From Callorhinchus milii (lineage: Eukaryota): DNA of 64,000 nucleotides. Location of the stretch: NCBI RefSeq assembly GCF_018977255.1, contig NW_024704743.1, positions 40,612,001-40,676,000 of the forward strand. Reading direction: 5' to 3'. Shown piece by piece: positions 26,431 to 39,372 of the stretch. A program made the position numbers and the translations under genes. How positions within the stretch are numbered: position 1 is the first letter of the stretch; every line of letters begins with the position of its first letter. A model generated the notes under the pieces. It had not been told where the DNA came from, ran no database searches, and saw only the letters and a list, made by a program, of their open reading frames with translations.

Positions 26431-28110
26431 AAGATTCAGAATCCTAAACTCAACATTTGTTCTATTTCTCTTCACATGTTATGCTAATTGCTCAGCTACA
26501 ACCACCTTGAATGCTATGACTTTGGCTCACAACATTGAGGTCACATCTATACTTCCACATTTCCTTGGAATTTTACAGACCAGTCTGTCTCAACCTTTGG
26601 CTCATTTCCCCAACATTCAGGCCCAACATTTCCCTAACATTTATATTCATTCCTATTTACTTTATGTTAAGCAGATATTTGCCAGCTGGTTATAACAATA
26701 GACAGCTGCTCTTCCAAGAACCACTATTATAATCAGGAAGCCTATAGGAGCAGGATGGGCAATACTCTAGCACGCAAAGATGTGTTTCCTTTCCCATGAA
26801 AGACAAGCACCACCGTGTCAAGTTTAATCATACAGCAAATTGATGTAAATTGGTCCAATTAACATCAAGAATGTTGTCAATGCTCACAGTCAGCAGACGA
26901 TGTTGTTTCTATTTTTGTTTAACAAAGTAACTGGTGGTTGCTTATTTCCATATTGTGAAGTTCTATTCTTAATATTTTCATTTGAAGGAAGCAGGATAGA
27001 AAAAAATAAAGAAGATTATGATTGAAAAATTCTGCTATTCGCACTGCTTTGGCCATGTATTACTTTACTGAATTGTATTCAATTGTATTCATTGAAAGCT
27101 TATTTTTCAACAACTGAATGAACATCCTGCACTTGACATGCAGTGTGTTTCACCTCATGCAAGCTGATACATGTTTCTAGGAGAGTTCTCAAAAACTCTC
27201 TGCCGGATGTGTGTTAACAAACGTACTGACACTTGAAATAAATGAGAGCGCTCTCTCAGGTGAGAATTGGCACAATGCCCTCTCTCTGTATTGGCGGCAG
27301 CACGGATGGATGTTAGACAGACTGCAGAGAGAAATTGTTAAATGGAAAGCAGTCTACATTTGTGAGAGAACACCCAAGAGAATGCAACAAAAAAAATGTC
27401 ACTGACATGAGCAATTAAGGTATGCTTGCAGTAAAGTAATGTATATTACAGAGAAGTTATATGTGCATTAATTTACCTGGAAGTGGAAATTACCTAACTC
27501 ACTCAAACATGTTGAATGCTAATCCATTCACATTTTCTATCCAATGAACTCAATTTAGCTCCACTGAAGTGAAAACCACATTTAAGCAAAATGTTGCATT
27601 ACAGTTGTTAAAAGTGACAATATGATCTACAATATTACAGCATAAATATTAATCTTCAGATCACCGATTCTACATCTTCATGGGATATAATCTCCTTGGC
27701 AAATGCTTATATGCTTTACTCTACACACAAGTACACTTAGCATATTTTGTATACTTCAAAGCTATTGCTTAAAAAATATTTTGCTCTTTAACCAAGTTTA
27801 CAATCTAAGTAAAGTTCCCTCTTTTTACTCTTCACAGCCACCTTCGAAAACTAGATGAACGTTTCTACAAAACAGAGGGGGGGCGTTTACGAAGTGGTAG
27901 AACAGAGTTTGAAATTATTTTGTCTTTTACATATCGAGTCATTTGGGCACAAAACCTCTCCATTCCCGGAGAATGGTTTCTCTCTCTGCCATTTCAAAGC
28001 TAAATTGAAGTAATGAACCATAGTAATGAACACCTTGCTCTGCATCGCTCACTGTTTTGTACGCCTCCTAGTATTCCTTTAGTTAGTATTTTTTTAAAGC
28101 CCAGATTACT

Positions 28111-28434
28111 GTGGAGTCCTGTAGCTCAGTGATTAGAGCACTCGCTTTACAAGCGAGAGACCTGAGTTCAATTCCAGGCAGAGGGCGAAACCTTGGGCAA
28201 GTTTCCTTACTCCACACAGAGCCTAATAATAATCCCTCCAAAACCAAAAACAATAATAAAATTGGCATTTTCAATCTACGACTGTTTGTGGGACATTGCT
28301 GTGCGCAATTGGCTGCCGCGTTCGCCCACAAATATACAGTCAATTCACTTTACAGTGTGTTCTGTGAAGCGCTTTGGGACGTCCTCCCGACGTGAAAAGT
28401 GCTATATCAAATGCAAGTATTATTATTATTATTA
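28111..28434 (+). mobile_element. SINE type A (tRNA-derived), full-length short form, young
   Basis: A-box tagctcagtgatt, B-box gagttcaattcc, ccttgggcaagt CORE-like start, L2-like stem-loop aagcgctttgggacgtcctcccgacgtgaaaagtgct, (TAT)n tail. Confidence 0.92.
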
Positions 28435-28975
28435 TAGAACCATAGACATTTAAAGAACAGAAGAAGGCAGTTTGGCCCATCGTGTCTGTGCTGGTTTAAA
28501 GAACAATCCTTTGAGTCCCATTTACCTACCCTTTCCCTATACCCATGTAGTTCACTCTCTTTAGGTATTTATCTTGTTTCCTATTGAAAGTTAATATGGC
28601 CTCTGCCTCAACTACTGCTCCCAGCAGGGCATTCCATATCCTAACCATTCTGTGTGTGAAACAAAATGTTCTCTTAATTTCCCTAGCTTATTTGAATTGC
28701 TACCTTATTTGAATTGATGCCCTCTGGTTACTGACTCACCAACCCACCAACCAGTGGAAATAATTTCTCTTTTTNACTCTATCAAAACTCAACATAATTT
28801 CAATGGCCTCTATTAGGCTACCCCTCAACTTGTTGCAGTGGAAATAAATCAATTTCCTCCAGTCTCTGCTATTAGGCCAAAGCACTCATCCTCAGTATCA
28901 TCCTGATAAATCTCATTTGACCCTCTCTTAGGCATTAAAAAGGGATGTCCAAAACTATATACAATAGTTTCACTG
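28433..28975 (-). mobile_element. CR1 3' fragment, tail-to-tail with the SINE
   Basis: atagaaccataga tail; tttggcccatcgtgtctgtgctgg; ttccatatcctaaccattctgtgtgtgaa. Confidence 0.78.
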
Positions 28976-31209
28976 CTCATGTGGAATGATTTTGTTTTTT
29001 CAATCCTAGTGGCATGAAATGCTTTTCAACATTAGTCTTTTAGTTTCCAAATTATTTCAGGACATTATTTGACAAAGAAGCATGGAAAACACACCTCGTC
29101 TAACTCCTACTGAAGATTTATTTTAGAACAAAATTGAAAGCCATTCTAGTAGCAAAGAATCAAGTAACAGAATTGCTTGCAAACTTAAAATTGAACATAA
29201 CACTGAGCTCATCAGCTGAGAGAGAAACTATTCTCAGAATTAGGAAGGGTGTTCAGCCCCAAACCAGCTATTAAATGCAATTCAAAACAATTGTAAATGT
29301 TGTCTGTGTGATAATTATCACATTACTTTTTGCAAATACCACCCTCTACTTTCACTGATAGATGTAATCTGAAAATATATTACTGTTTATATGTTGTCAC
29401 ATATATTATCCAATATATCTGAGTCCAATATCTAGATACCATGAAGTGGGAAAATATTTTTTTATATACATAAAAATTTATACATATACATTTTTTTCAA
29501 TACCGCAGTGATTCTCTAATCATTGGTATCATACTGTTTGTGGCTTTACAATGCACTGTATTATAATTCAATGCCTGTCAAATAAGAAAAGGTTGTCTTT
29601 CATTCAAATTGGCAAGTAGCAATGTCACTGTAACTATTCATGAGAATTCAATGCATCAAGATATTATTGGCATATAAGATAGGAAACATACAGTCATCCA
29701 TGGATGTGAGTATATTTTGGGACTGAACACTAGGGATTGATGAAATCAAAAAGTGCAAGAATCAATTTGCAGTAGTTTATAAATCCAACTGAACTCTGAA
29801 AGTGCATTGCAGCTTGTGACACTGCCTTGGTCATGATTGATTTACCATAGAATGTATCTTTAAATGCTGAGTCCAATTTAATTTTGTAATGGTTGACATT
29901 CAGATATTAGTCTGAGCAGCTTAGTTATTGACTCTGTATCTTATGACACTGCAGTACACAACAGTCATGTGTCAATTGTTAAACAGCAGAAATAAAACAG
30001 ATGCTAATAAAGCTGAGAGGATATGTTTTCACAGAAGAAAAAGTATTTCTACTTGCCCTGTCTATTAAGCCCTGTCTTAAATTTTCTATTGCATCCATCA
30101 AATCAGTATGAAATCCAACAGCTCCGGGCTGAACATTTAGTCTTAGGAGTGGTTGTGTGTGCACTCAATGGGCTCATATATCTTTATGAGGAGATCTCCA
30201 TTGCTTGATTTTCTCACAAGTGTTTCACAATAATACTTAAATGGGAAAGAAACAAAATTGTTCAGTACCAGACTCAATTGTATTACTTTTCTCACTACTT
30301 GCAAATTTCTACCTGGGAATCCAAGGAGCATATTGAGGCAGACAATGCTCTTTTACATGAACAACCTTTGCATAGCACAAGATCGCAAGAGAGAGTAGGA
30401 TGAAGAAAGCCCTACAGCTCACTTGATCCCATTCTTCCAGAATATCCATTCTGCAATTGAGATGTAGGAGATAGAATGCTTTTACAATACTATGATAAAA
30501 TAGCTTGTAATCAGAAAGAAACACTTTGTGCTACAATAGGAAGATGGTTGTGTGGGGATTCCGGAAAGATGAGATCATATTGGAAAAAGAATATGCTTTA
30601 TCTAAACCTCTCTATGATCCTATATTTGATCCCTAGACTGTCTCAGTCAGTTGATTTTACATGTCATTGGCATTTGGGTTTGAAATTGGGAATTTCAGTC
30701 TGGATTCCTGCTCATGATTACTATCCAGTGAGTGTTTTGTGAGGTGAGGATCAAGTTTGCAAATAATGTTCCTCATGGTCATGAAATCTAAGGATTATCA
30801 CTGAGCTTGCACATAAAGAATGGTGTGTTGATCAATCATGCTTGTAGAATGTGACACAAATGCCTGTGGAGTCATAATATACTGCATTAATAAGTATCGC
30901 CAGGAAAGGAAGGGGAAATATTTGGAAGCATCGAAACATAATCAAATCTTTAGAAGACAGTCAAGCAACATGAGGTTTGGAATATACTGGAAAACAAAGG
31001 GTAATATTTGTGTAAGTGTTCCTTAAGCTATAATAATCCTGGTATAAATAATCTGCCTCACATACCAGTGTCCCGGTATATTCAGATGATATCAAAGATC
31101 ATTTTATTCTTACTTGGTCCATCCTCTGGCAATGTAGATCAGCTCTATGTGATCCTTAAGATATTTTACTCCTCTCCATAACTGTGTTTGCAAAATACAC
31201 AGCAAACTT

Positions 31210-31460
31210 CAATACAAACGTACAATTATAAAACACCTTTCATATCAGGAGAATATCCCAAGGTGCTTATAGTCCTACTAGGCACCAAAGCTGGGGGTAG
31301 GAGCTGAGGAGTGTGGGAGAGGAAAGATGACTGACAGTGTGGTCAAAGAAATAGGTGGACCTTGAATGAGATGAGGGAGGGAACAATTTAGGGCGATGCA
31401 GTTTCAGAAAGTTTGTGTGTGTGCCGAAAGTCTGATCACTGATGGTGGAGTAGTTTGAGG
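31210..31460 (-). mobile_element. Old L2 3' fragment
   Basis: cacctttcatatcaggagaatatcccaaggtgct...gtggtcaaaga. Confidence 0.6.
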
Positions 31461-31789
31461 AGATAATAAATAATTAAAATAATAGTAGTAATAATAGTAG
31501 TAACAAACTAGGATAATAAATACAAATTTGAAGGTGAATATTGAAGAGCACCATCATATCTGTCCAGCCTCTTTTATTACTTGAACATCTCAAATGTGGT
31601 TCTTCAATGCAATTGTTGAGTCAGGTGCAGCAGCATTTTCCTAGTACAGGAATTGTAATATGTGTAAATCCAATCCCATGAATACAATCAGCAACAGGGC
31701 ATCATTTTCAAACCCTTAGTTTGGCCACCAATTTTTTGTTCACACAGAGAGACAATGTTCTTCAAGCATATTAATTGCACTGATTAATG

Positions 31790-31926
31790 TGTTCTGATGA
31801 AGAGTCATGGACCCAAAACACTGCCTCACTTTCCTTTCTCCATACATGCTGCCTGACCTGCTGAATGATCCCAGCAATTTCTGTTGTTGGTTCAGATTTC
31901 CAGCATCTGCAGTATTTTGCATTTTG
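31790..31926 (+). mobile_element. Penelope-like terminal repeat with decayed minimal hammerhead core
   Basis: ctgatga-agagtc-atg-gaccc-aaaac (31794-31819), then atgctgcctgacctgctga...ttcagatttccagcatctgcagtattttgc. Confidence 0.75.
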
Positions 31927-32539
31927 TTAATTGCAACCTAGTTCCTTTACTCCTTTCCAATTTATTTTCTTACATTAATAAGTTGCCATCATTTGAAAAA
32001 TATTTTTGCCTAAAAGAAATAAACAGCTATTTATAAGATTTTAGCCTGTTTTACTACATAGGTTCTGCAATTTAACTCTGACTAATCTTGATTACCTTCA
32101 TATTTTGTGAAAACTTAATTTAAAGTAAACAAGTTGTTTGACAGCTAACATACCACTTAATAATTGCATGTCTGTTTACTAGTTACACTAATAGTATTGG
32201 ATCACTTTCCAAACTGCAGCAATGTAGCTGGACACTATAAAACTCAGTTCCCTAAAATCTGCACCATTTAACCTATATTGAAAGAATTATTAGCACTAAT
32301 GGTGACTGGAGCATGGACCCTGATTTTTGTGCAGTTACCTTAAATACAGCGCAATTTCTGGCAGTATTTAAGCTGTCTTTTTTTCTTTGTAACAGTTATT
32401 TTATTTGCATACATAGCAGGCATACATATAGGATAATAGAAAACTGCATAATGGATAGGTTTTTAGTTTTTTGATTCTACTATTGGACGTGTGATCACAG
32501 GAAGGATCGTATGAGGTCAATAGGAAGGATAGCAAAGAT

Positions 32540-32843
32540 GAGTCCTGTAGCTCAGTGATCAGAGCACTTACCTTGCGAGTGAGAGACCTAGGTTCTATTC
32601 CCGGCATGGCGAAACCTTGGGCAAGTATCCTTACTCCACACGCCTGAAAATAATCCCTCAAGAAAAAAAACAAGAATAAAAAAATTGGTCACTTCAATCC
32701 AAGGCTGTTTGTGGGACATTGCTGTGCACAATTGGCTGCCGGGTTTCGCCCACAAAATATACAGTATATTCTGTGAAGCGCTTTGAGATGTCTAAAAGAT
32801 GTGAAAAGCACTATATCAAATACAAGGAAGGATGATGATGTTA
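32540..32843 (+). mobile_element. SINE type A, full-length short form
   Basis: Colinear with 28111-28434; tail has drifted to (GAT)n. Confidence 0.9.
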
Positions 32844-33751
32844 CTGGGCTTGAATTTTGACACTCATGACACAAAGAGTAACGTAAAATTGCATTCAATT
32901 CTGGAGGTCTATAGTTCAGGGTATAAAAATTAGAACAAAGTTTTATAAATGCTGGTTTAGATGCATAGTGAACTCAGGCTAAACAGTCAGCAAATCTTTC
33001 TGCTGGGTGTACTCTGTTGGCCTAGCATTTAATTCCAGTGCACTAGGATTTAATTCCAGTGCTTGGTTCAGTGAGTTATCATGCAATTATACTTGGAAGC
33101 CTCTAATGTTTTTTTTCTAGACTATCGAAACTCAATAATATAATTTATTAGAACATTCTAAGGCTAATAGAAATACTTATTGACGTTTCATCAAAATAGC
33201 TATTAACCTTTCTACCAACTGAATTAAAGAACATTCCATTATGCCATCTATTTTCAATGGATAGCATTTAACAACATATATCAGGGCACTATAAACATAT
33301 ATTGTGTTATACTATTGCTGAATTATTATTACCATACAGGGAAGAAAATTGAGGCATGTGATATTATCCTCCCTTACCCCATCATATACTTCTATATATA
33401 TAATTGCTGTTACATAATATATAACTATGAAGAAAAGAAAGAAAAAGCACAAAAGAAGGTTACTTGTTACTTATGTCTACACCAGACAGATAAGGATGGT
33501 TTTCATCATACTGACTGGAATGGATAAAGTGCAGACATAGTTGTATCACAAGATGGCATGGATCTGACACATTCTTTAATTCTTATTCATGAGACAACTT
33601 TCTGAATGCTTTCTCCCTATAAATGTAATTAAAGTGTAAACCATGTTTCTTTATATTCTTTCATTTTTATCCTGATGCTTCAGAGAAAACAATACAGCAG
33701 GAGTTTTTTTTGGCAGTATTGTTTTCTGACATTATTTTATCTTTTATTCGT

Positions 33752-34080
33752 ACAGCAACAACAGTTTACATTTACATAGTGTCTTTCATGTCAGGAGGAT
33801 GACTCAACTCGCTTCAGGTATTCTGGGATGGAGTTTCAGAGAGTGGAGGCAGAATGATTGAAAGCTCACCCACTGGTTGTCGGGTAGAGCGGGTGAGGAA
33901 TGTGAAGTCAATAGGTGTTTGCTGAGTGGGCGGTGTAGCTGGGATAATAAGGTAAACAGAAGTCACAGAAGTAGGAGAGGCCATGGGGACATTTGAAAGT
34001 GCAGACAAGATTTTGAATTCAATCCCCTGGAGGATGAAGAGCAAGTAGAGCCTAGTGAGAATGAGGGTGATGACAATTGC
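33752..34080 (-). mobile_element. Old L2 3' fragment
   Basis: caacaac tail; minus ORF LQGIEFKIL...PTSVTSVYL, similar to L2 IQFKIL. Confidence 0.6.
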
Positions 34081-34249
34081 TACATTTGTTAACAATACAT
34101 TATAATCTGAAAATAAATAGTCCATATGAATCAGATGTTTAACTGATAACATCTTATGAAGAGCCTAGCAGACTTAAACATATGTCAACATTTTTTAAAA
34201 TCTAATTTCTGTTAAATGTTGGTCCTCTTTTAGAATATTGTCCTTTGTC

Positions 34250-34530
34250 TGTACATTGAGCTCACAATCTATTGCTAACATTCAGTACAGTTTTGGTGGA
34301 AGCTTCAGACGAGATGTTAAACTGACTGCCAGTCCAAGTGGACATTAAAGATCGAATTACACAATTCAAAAAGAGAAGAGCATTTTCTCCAGTGTTCTGT
34401 TCATCAATCCCCTAGAGACATTGATGATTCACTTTATGGTTGTTTGTGGGATACAGTTGTGTGCATTCATTAATAAATAGTCAGTTGACTTTACAGTAAT
34501 TTTCTGTCAAGCACTTCAATACATTTAAAT
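34250..34530 (+). mobile_element. SINE type B (old)
   Basis: ttcagacgagatgttaaactga...aagtggacattaaagatc...ttgtttgtgggatac. Confidence 0.6.
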
Positions 34531-35454
34531 TAGACGCTACCGCTATACTCAGCGTGATTACATTATCAGAATGTTATTTTTAACAATGAATGAGAATCTT
34601 ATTGGGTTAGAGTAAACGGGCCATAACTTTAGTATAACAATTGTGAAGCAGTTGTACAAAATAGACCTGACAGATTTCCTCTTGTTTTGTACCTAGAAAG
34701 CTAAAGCTGTACTTGCCAGAAAATCCAGCGATGCTTGCCCAGTGATATTGAGTGGTTCACTCCCTACTGGGGATTGAGGTCTGACATACCATCTTTGTGT
34801 TCTCCTGTACAGTGGCCACTGATGTACCGCAAGCATTACTGAGCAATTTATTTTCTCACCTTACATCTAGAATATTTTGGAGTTTTGATTAATTATCCCT
34901 CTGTATTAAGGTACATGCTAAAATTAATTCTTCCCAACACTTAAAAAACCCAGGTTGCCTCAGAAAAGCATACTGACTACAATTACCTCGCCCATTTAAT
35001 GATAATAAAATACCATTGAAATGCAACAGCTATAGTGGCTCAGACCATCCACTCCCATTTCTCAATGGGTATTTACAGGATCACAATCTTATAAGAGAAG
35101 CTTCAGATAAATAGGTCCTTTAGTCAATTTTATTAGATAACACTTATCAGGATATATATCACAGCACCTGGACCACACATTATATTATGCTATTGCTATA
35201 TTATTATTTTACACAGCAATAGTATTATCAATAATATTATCCTTCCACTATACTAGCCTACCATTTTCTCTTGATGGCATCAAAATCAGAATCTTGATCA
35301 GTCAATGGATGTTGAGGTATGTTCATGCTCACATCACATGCGCAGATTTCACCAGGTAGGATATCAAAATCAGGTTGGCAATATAATGATTAGCCGCTAA
35401 ACCATTCCATACTTATCAATATTCAGATCCTAACGTCAGTGAGCACTGGACTGC

Positions 35455-35709
35455 TTCACAATGTCCGCCCCACCATTGGCAGTCAGGTTTTCAGAGTATC
35501 TTAACCCCTTCTCTGGAACTCTGTCCCGTAGTCCTTTTGATTTTCCCCTCATCTCTTTCAAGTTCCACCGCAAGACCTTCTCCTTTGACTGTGCTTTTGT
35601 CCATCTTTCCCCTCCTCACTTTCCACTCCCAGCTCAGGTGCAAACTTTAGTGCTCTGGGACACTACCCTGAACGAGGGGTTCTATATAAATGTAAGTTTT
35701 TGTTGTTGA
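35455..35709 (+). mobile_element. L2 3' fragment (old)
   Basis: ccgccccaccattggcag...ctctggaactc...tctatataaatgtaagtttttgttgttg. Confidence 0.7.
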
Positions 35710-36384
35710 CTGTCCATCATCTTTGGATGCCCTCCCAACATGAAAGGGCCTAAGAAAATGTAAATTTGTATGATATATGTAAAAATAATGCAACTATTGA
35801 AAGAAGGTTGGATTTTTATTGTGTTGTTACCATTACAAGCCCGAGATAGTAGTAGTAAGTCTGGTAACCCTTCCAGCTATTCCATATGTCAAGGCCTTTC
35901 ACGTTGGCGTGGGATGGTATCATCTTCCCCAAATTCTCGGTGCAGGAACAGATGAAAAGTTAGAATTGGGTCTATACCTGCAAATGGTGTGGACATAGTC
36001 AGATTAATGAATTGGTGTAAGCTACAACTGAACATCATTTGAGTAAAAGTAAGTTGTACACAATTATAATTGCTCTCCAAACAGATATGTTTGACCAGGC
36101 CTTTCAACATCAGCTTGTAAACCTGCTTATATAGCAAATGTATGAGCCATAAATAATTGCTGGTGCTAAAGATGCTCACAGCTACCAAAATCACTGAGTG
36201 TGGAAACAGTTTAGTAACAGTGAGCTGTTACCAAGCAGTTAATAAACTTTTTATTGCACTCCTATTTTATTCATTGAAAAAAAAGGGCTTCAGAATTTTG
36301 CATGTACATTAATGCAGCTTTATTGATTACACTCCTCAAATAATGCAATTCATGTAATACATTGGATACATTAGAATATAATTA

Positions 36385-36765
36385 CAAACAGGCCATTTGG
36401 TCCAACTGGTCCATGATGGTGTTTATGCTTCACATGAGCTCCTCCTGCCCTTCTTCAACTAAGCCTTTAAGTAGAACCTTCTATTCCTTTCTCCCTCATG
36501 TACCTATCTGGCTTTCCCTTAAATACATCTATGCTATTTGCCTCAACAACTCCTTGTGGTAGCATGTTCCACATTCCCACTACTCTCTGTGTGAAGAAAT
36601 TTCTTCTGACTTCCCTATTTGATCTATTTCTGACTATTTTATATTGATGGCCCCTGGTTTTGGTCTCCCCCACAAGTAGAAACATCTTCCCTATGTCTAC
36701 CTTATCAAAATCTTTCATCATTTTAAAGACCTCTATCAAGTCATTCCTCCCCCTCCTCTTTTCAT
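36385..36765 (-). mobile_element. CR1 3' fragment
   Basis: Minus ORF IEVFKMMKDFDKVD...TRGHQYKI...RRNFFTQRVVGMWNMLPQGVVEA. Confidence 0.92.
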
Positions 36766-37397
36766 GATCACATAATGCTTATGTAACGTTACTAAAATAT
36801 ATCAGTTGCATACCTATGCTGGTGCACTCTTATCAGGGTCCATAAGGTTATGGGGGCCCAACGTATTGGCACAAAATATTGTGGAGTGGAAACATACTTC
36901 CACCCCCCATCCCAACATACTTAGCCATTTTGGAAATACTTACCTGTCTCCTGGGTTCAAAGTGACTGGTATGCACCAATAGAGCATACCAGCATTTTGT
37001 TTTTAATTCGGAGACTCCCCCATTCCTTAAGTGATGACTTCCTGAATTTTGTATTAAAGGCTAGCAAAATTTTAGACTTGGGAATCCATTCCTGGACCAG
37101 GGTTTCCTGGGGCCTTGTTACAGCACCTAAGTATGGCACAGAATTTGATGCATAAATGAGGAAGAAGGGAATAGAGGGGTATAGGTGAGGGAATGCACGC
37201 AGAATATAATCTCTGGCATATGCAAGTTGGGCTGCATGAACTGTTCCGGCCACAATTAACTTAAGCGCTTTGAGACGCTACCTTGTGTGAAGGGTGCTAT
37301 ATAAGTGCCAGTTGTTGTTTCAATGCCTTATCACTCTATGTAATTCTATGTAATTTCAACCCTATGTTCTTATTTTACACCATATTTTAAAGCAATT

Positions 37398-38178
37398 ACA
37401 ACAACAACAACAACAACAAGATTCCATTTATAGAGCGCCTTTCACGTCAGGAGGACGTCCCAAGGCGCTGCACAGTTGGGTCATGACCCGAGCAGGGGGG
37501 AAATGGTCAGGGTGAGGGGAGGGAAGGGAGGGAGCGAGGAGGGGGGAAATGGTCAGGGTGAGGGGAGGGAAGGGACGGAGAGAGGAGGGGGGAAATGGTC
37601 AGGGTGAGGGGAGGGAAGGGAGGGAGCGAGGAGGAGGAAGAGAGTCGAGAGGGGAGCTGAAGGCACGGTCAAAGAGAAAGGTTTTGAGACCGGCCTTGAA
37701 GGAGGAAAGGGAGGAAGCGGCGAAGGCACTGGGGGATGGAGTTCCAGAGCCTCGGGGCTGAGAGGCTGAAGGCCCGGCCACCGATGGTAGGGCGGTTGGG
37801 GCGGGGGATGTGGAGCAGACCGGAGCCAGAGGAACGGAGGGTACGGGCAGGTAGGTAGGGGATAGTAGGTTGGAGAGGTAGGAGGGAGCAAGGCCGTGAA
37901 TGGCCTTGTAGGTGAGGATGAGGATCTTGAAATCAATCCTCTGGGGATGGGGAGCCAGTGGAGGCGAGCGAGGGTGGGAGTGATGTGGTCCCGAAGCCTG
38001 GTGCGGGACAGTACACGAGCTGCAGAGTTCTGAATGACCTGCAGCTTGTGGAGGGAGGTGCCGGGAAGGCCGGCGAGGAGAGAGTTCCCATAGTCCAGCC
38101 TTGAGGTGACAAAGGCGTGAACCAGGGTTTCAGCAGCGTGAGGGGTGAGGTAGTGCCGTAATCTGGCGATATTCCGGA
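37398..38178 (-). mobile_element. Young 5'-truncated L2 LINE
   Basis: Long pure (CAA)n tail, CpG-rich body, coding-like L2 C-terminus. Candidate target-site duplication AATTACAAC at 37394-37402 and 38434-38442. Confidence 0.93.
37495..37632. repeat. 46-bp tandem repeat x3 in the L2 3'UTR
   Basis: ggggggaaatggtcagggtgaggggagggaagggagggagcgagga three times, two substitutions in copy 2. Confidence 0.9.
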
Positions 38179-38699
38179 ATATCGGGCGCCTTGGGACGTC
38201 CTCCTGACGTGAAAGGCGCTCTATAAATGGAATCTTGTTGTTGTTGTTGTTGTTGTAATTGCTTTAAAATATGGTGTAAAATAAGAACATAGGGTTGAAA
38301 TTACATAGAATTACATAGAGTGATAAGGCATTGAAACAACAACTGGCACTTATATAGCACCCTTCACACAAGGTAGCGTCTCAAAGCGCTTAAGTTAATT
38401 GTGGCCGGAACAGTTCATGCAGCCCAACTCCGGAATTACAACCATCTTCTATATATGCAAGTTCTGTGATTCTTCTTTACCTGTTTTCTCCAATGAAATA
38501 AAATAACTTGTAATTATATAGAGCCTAATCATGTTCTCATAGCACTTCACAGGTAATCCCTGTCAAGTGGAGTGACTTTTTTTTTAGCCAAATGTGCAAA
38601 CATATATGGGAATAAGGAGATAAAGCAGGAAGGAAATTGAGTAAAGTGTCAAGTTACTTACCAGAAGCAACTCTGAATTTGTCCTGAAACAAAATTGTC

Positions 38700-38830
38700 T
38701 AATAATAATGCTTGCATTTGATATAGCACCTTATCATGTCATTCAAACGTCTCAAAGTGCTTCACAGAAAATACTGTAAAGTGTGACTATATTTTGTGGG
38801 TGAAATGCGGCAGCCAATTGCACACAGTGA
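38700..38830 (-). mobile_element. SINE shared 3' tail fragment
   Basis: aataataatgcttgcatttgatatagcacc...gcggcagccaattgcacacag. Confidence 0.82.
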
Positions 38831-39372
38831 CCTTCCTCATGTTTTTACAAGGTAGATTCTGCTTTCCTGATCATCAATACATTAGTTATGCCAAGGCATT
38901 TGCCCTGAGCTTGTTGTTCTGTTTAATTATTGAATGTAGCAGACATTCATTTTGGGAAGATTGATTGTTTCAAAATGCTTATTGGCAAACAGCTGCAATT
39001 CAAGCAGAGGAGACATCAGCAGAAACATGCACTGCTCCCTGGTGCCTTGTATCTATTAATAGAGCAAGTCATTCCTGACTATTTTTCTCTGGATTATGTG
39101 CCACAGAAGAATGTGAATTCTAACAAAATATGCGTATCTTTAAATGCAGGGGAAAGGAAACAACTGTAAACTTTGTTTTAAAGGATTAGTCTTAGAACTT
39201 TTTCAGGCTTTTCAAGCATAATAATGAGATACTAAAATCATTTTTCTGTACTTTCATGCCACGCAATTTTTTGTAGTCTTTGACCAGGATCAATCTTGCA
39301 AAAAAGCAGCGGAAATATTCATGTTTTTTAACACAAAATTTGGTAGAATTAATGAATAGATATATATTCCTT

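Larger units (their letters stand above)
37225..38429. repeat. 244-bp inverted repeat (arms 37225-37468 and 38186-38429)
   Basis: Arms read as exact reverse complements by eye; spacer is 717 bp. Confidence 0.93.

Noticed and set aside
28111..28185. Apparent tRNA genes here and at 32540, 39373 and 47329
   Set aside because: Each continues into the same SINE body and tail with no oligo-T terminator, and the copies are diverged.
28775..28775. Single ambiguous base n
   Set aside because: Assembly ambiguity inside an old CR1 fragment; not biological.
30309..30524. Minus ORF with a signal-peptide-like stretch (AFFILLSLAILCYA)
   Set aside because: No recognisable homology and weak splice signals; expected by chance in T-rich DNA.
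33022..33062. 21-bp tandem duplication
   Set aside because: Only two copies; ordinary local slippage.
36938..37130. Minus-strand gtaagt donor next to a 98-aa ORF
   Set aside because: The ORF stops before the donor and resembles no protein I recognise.
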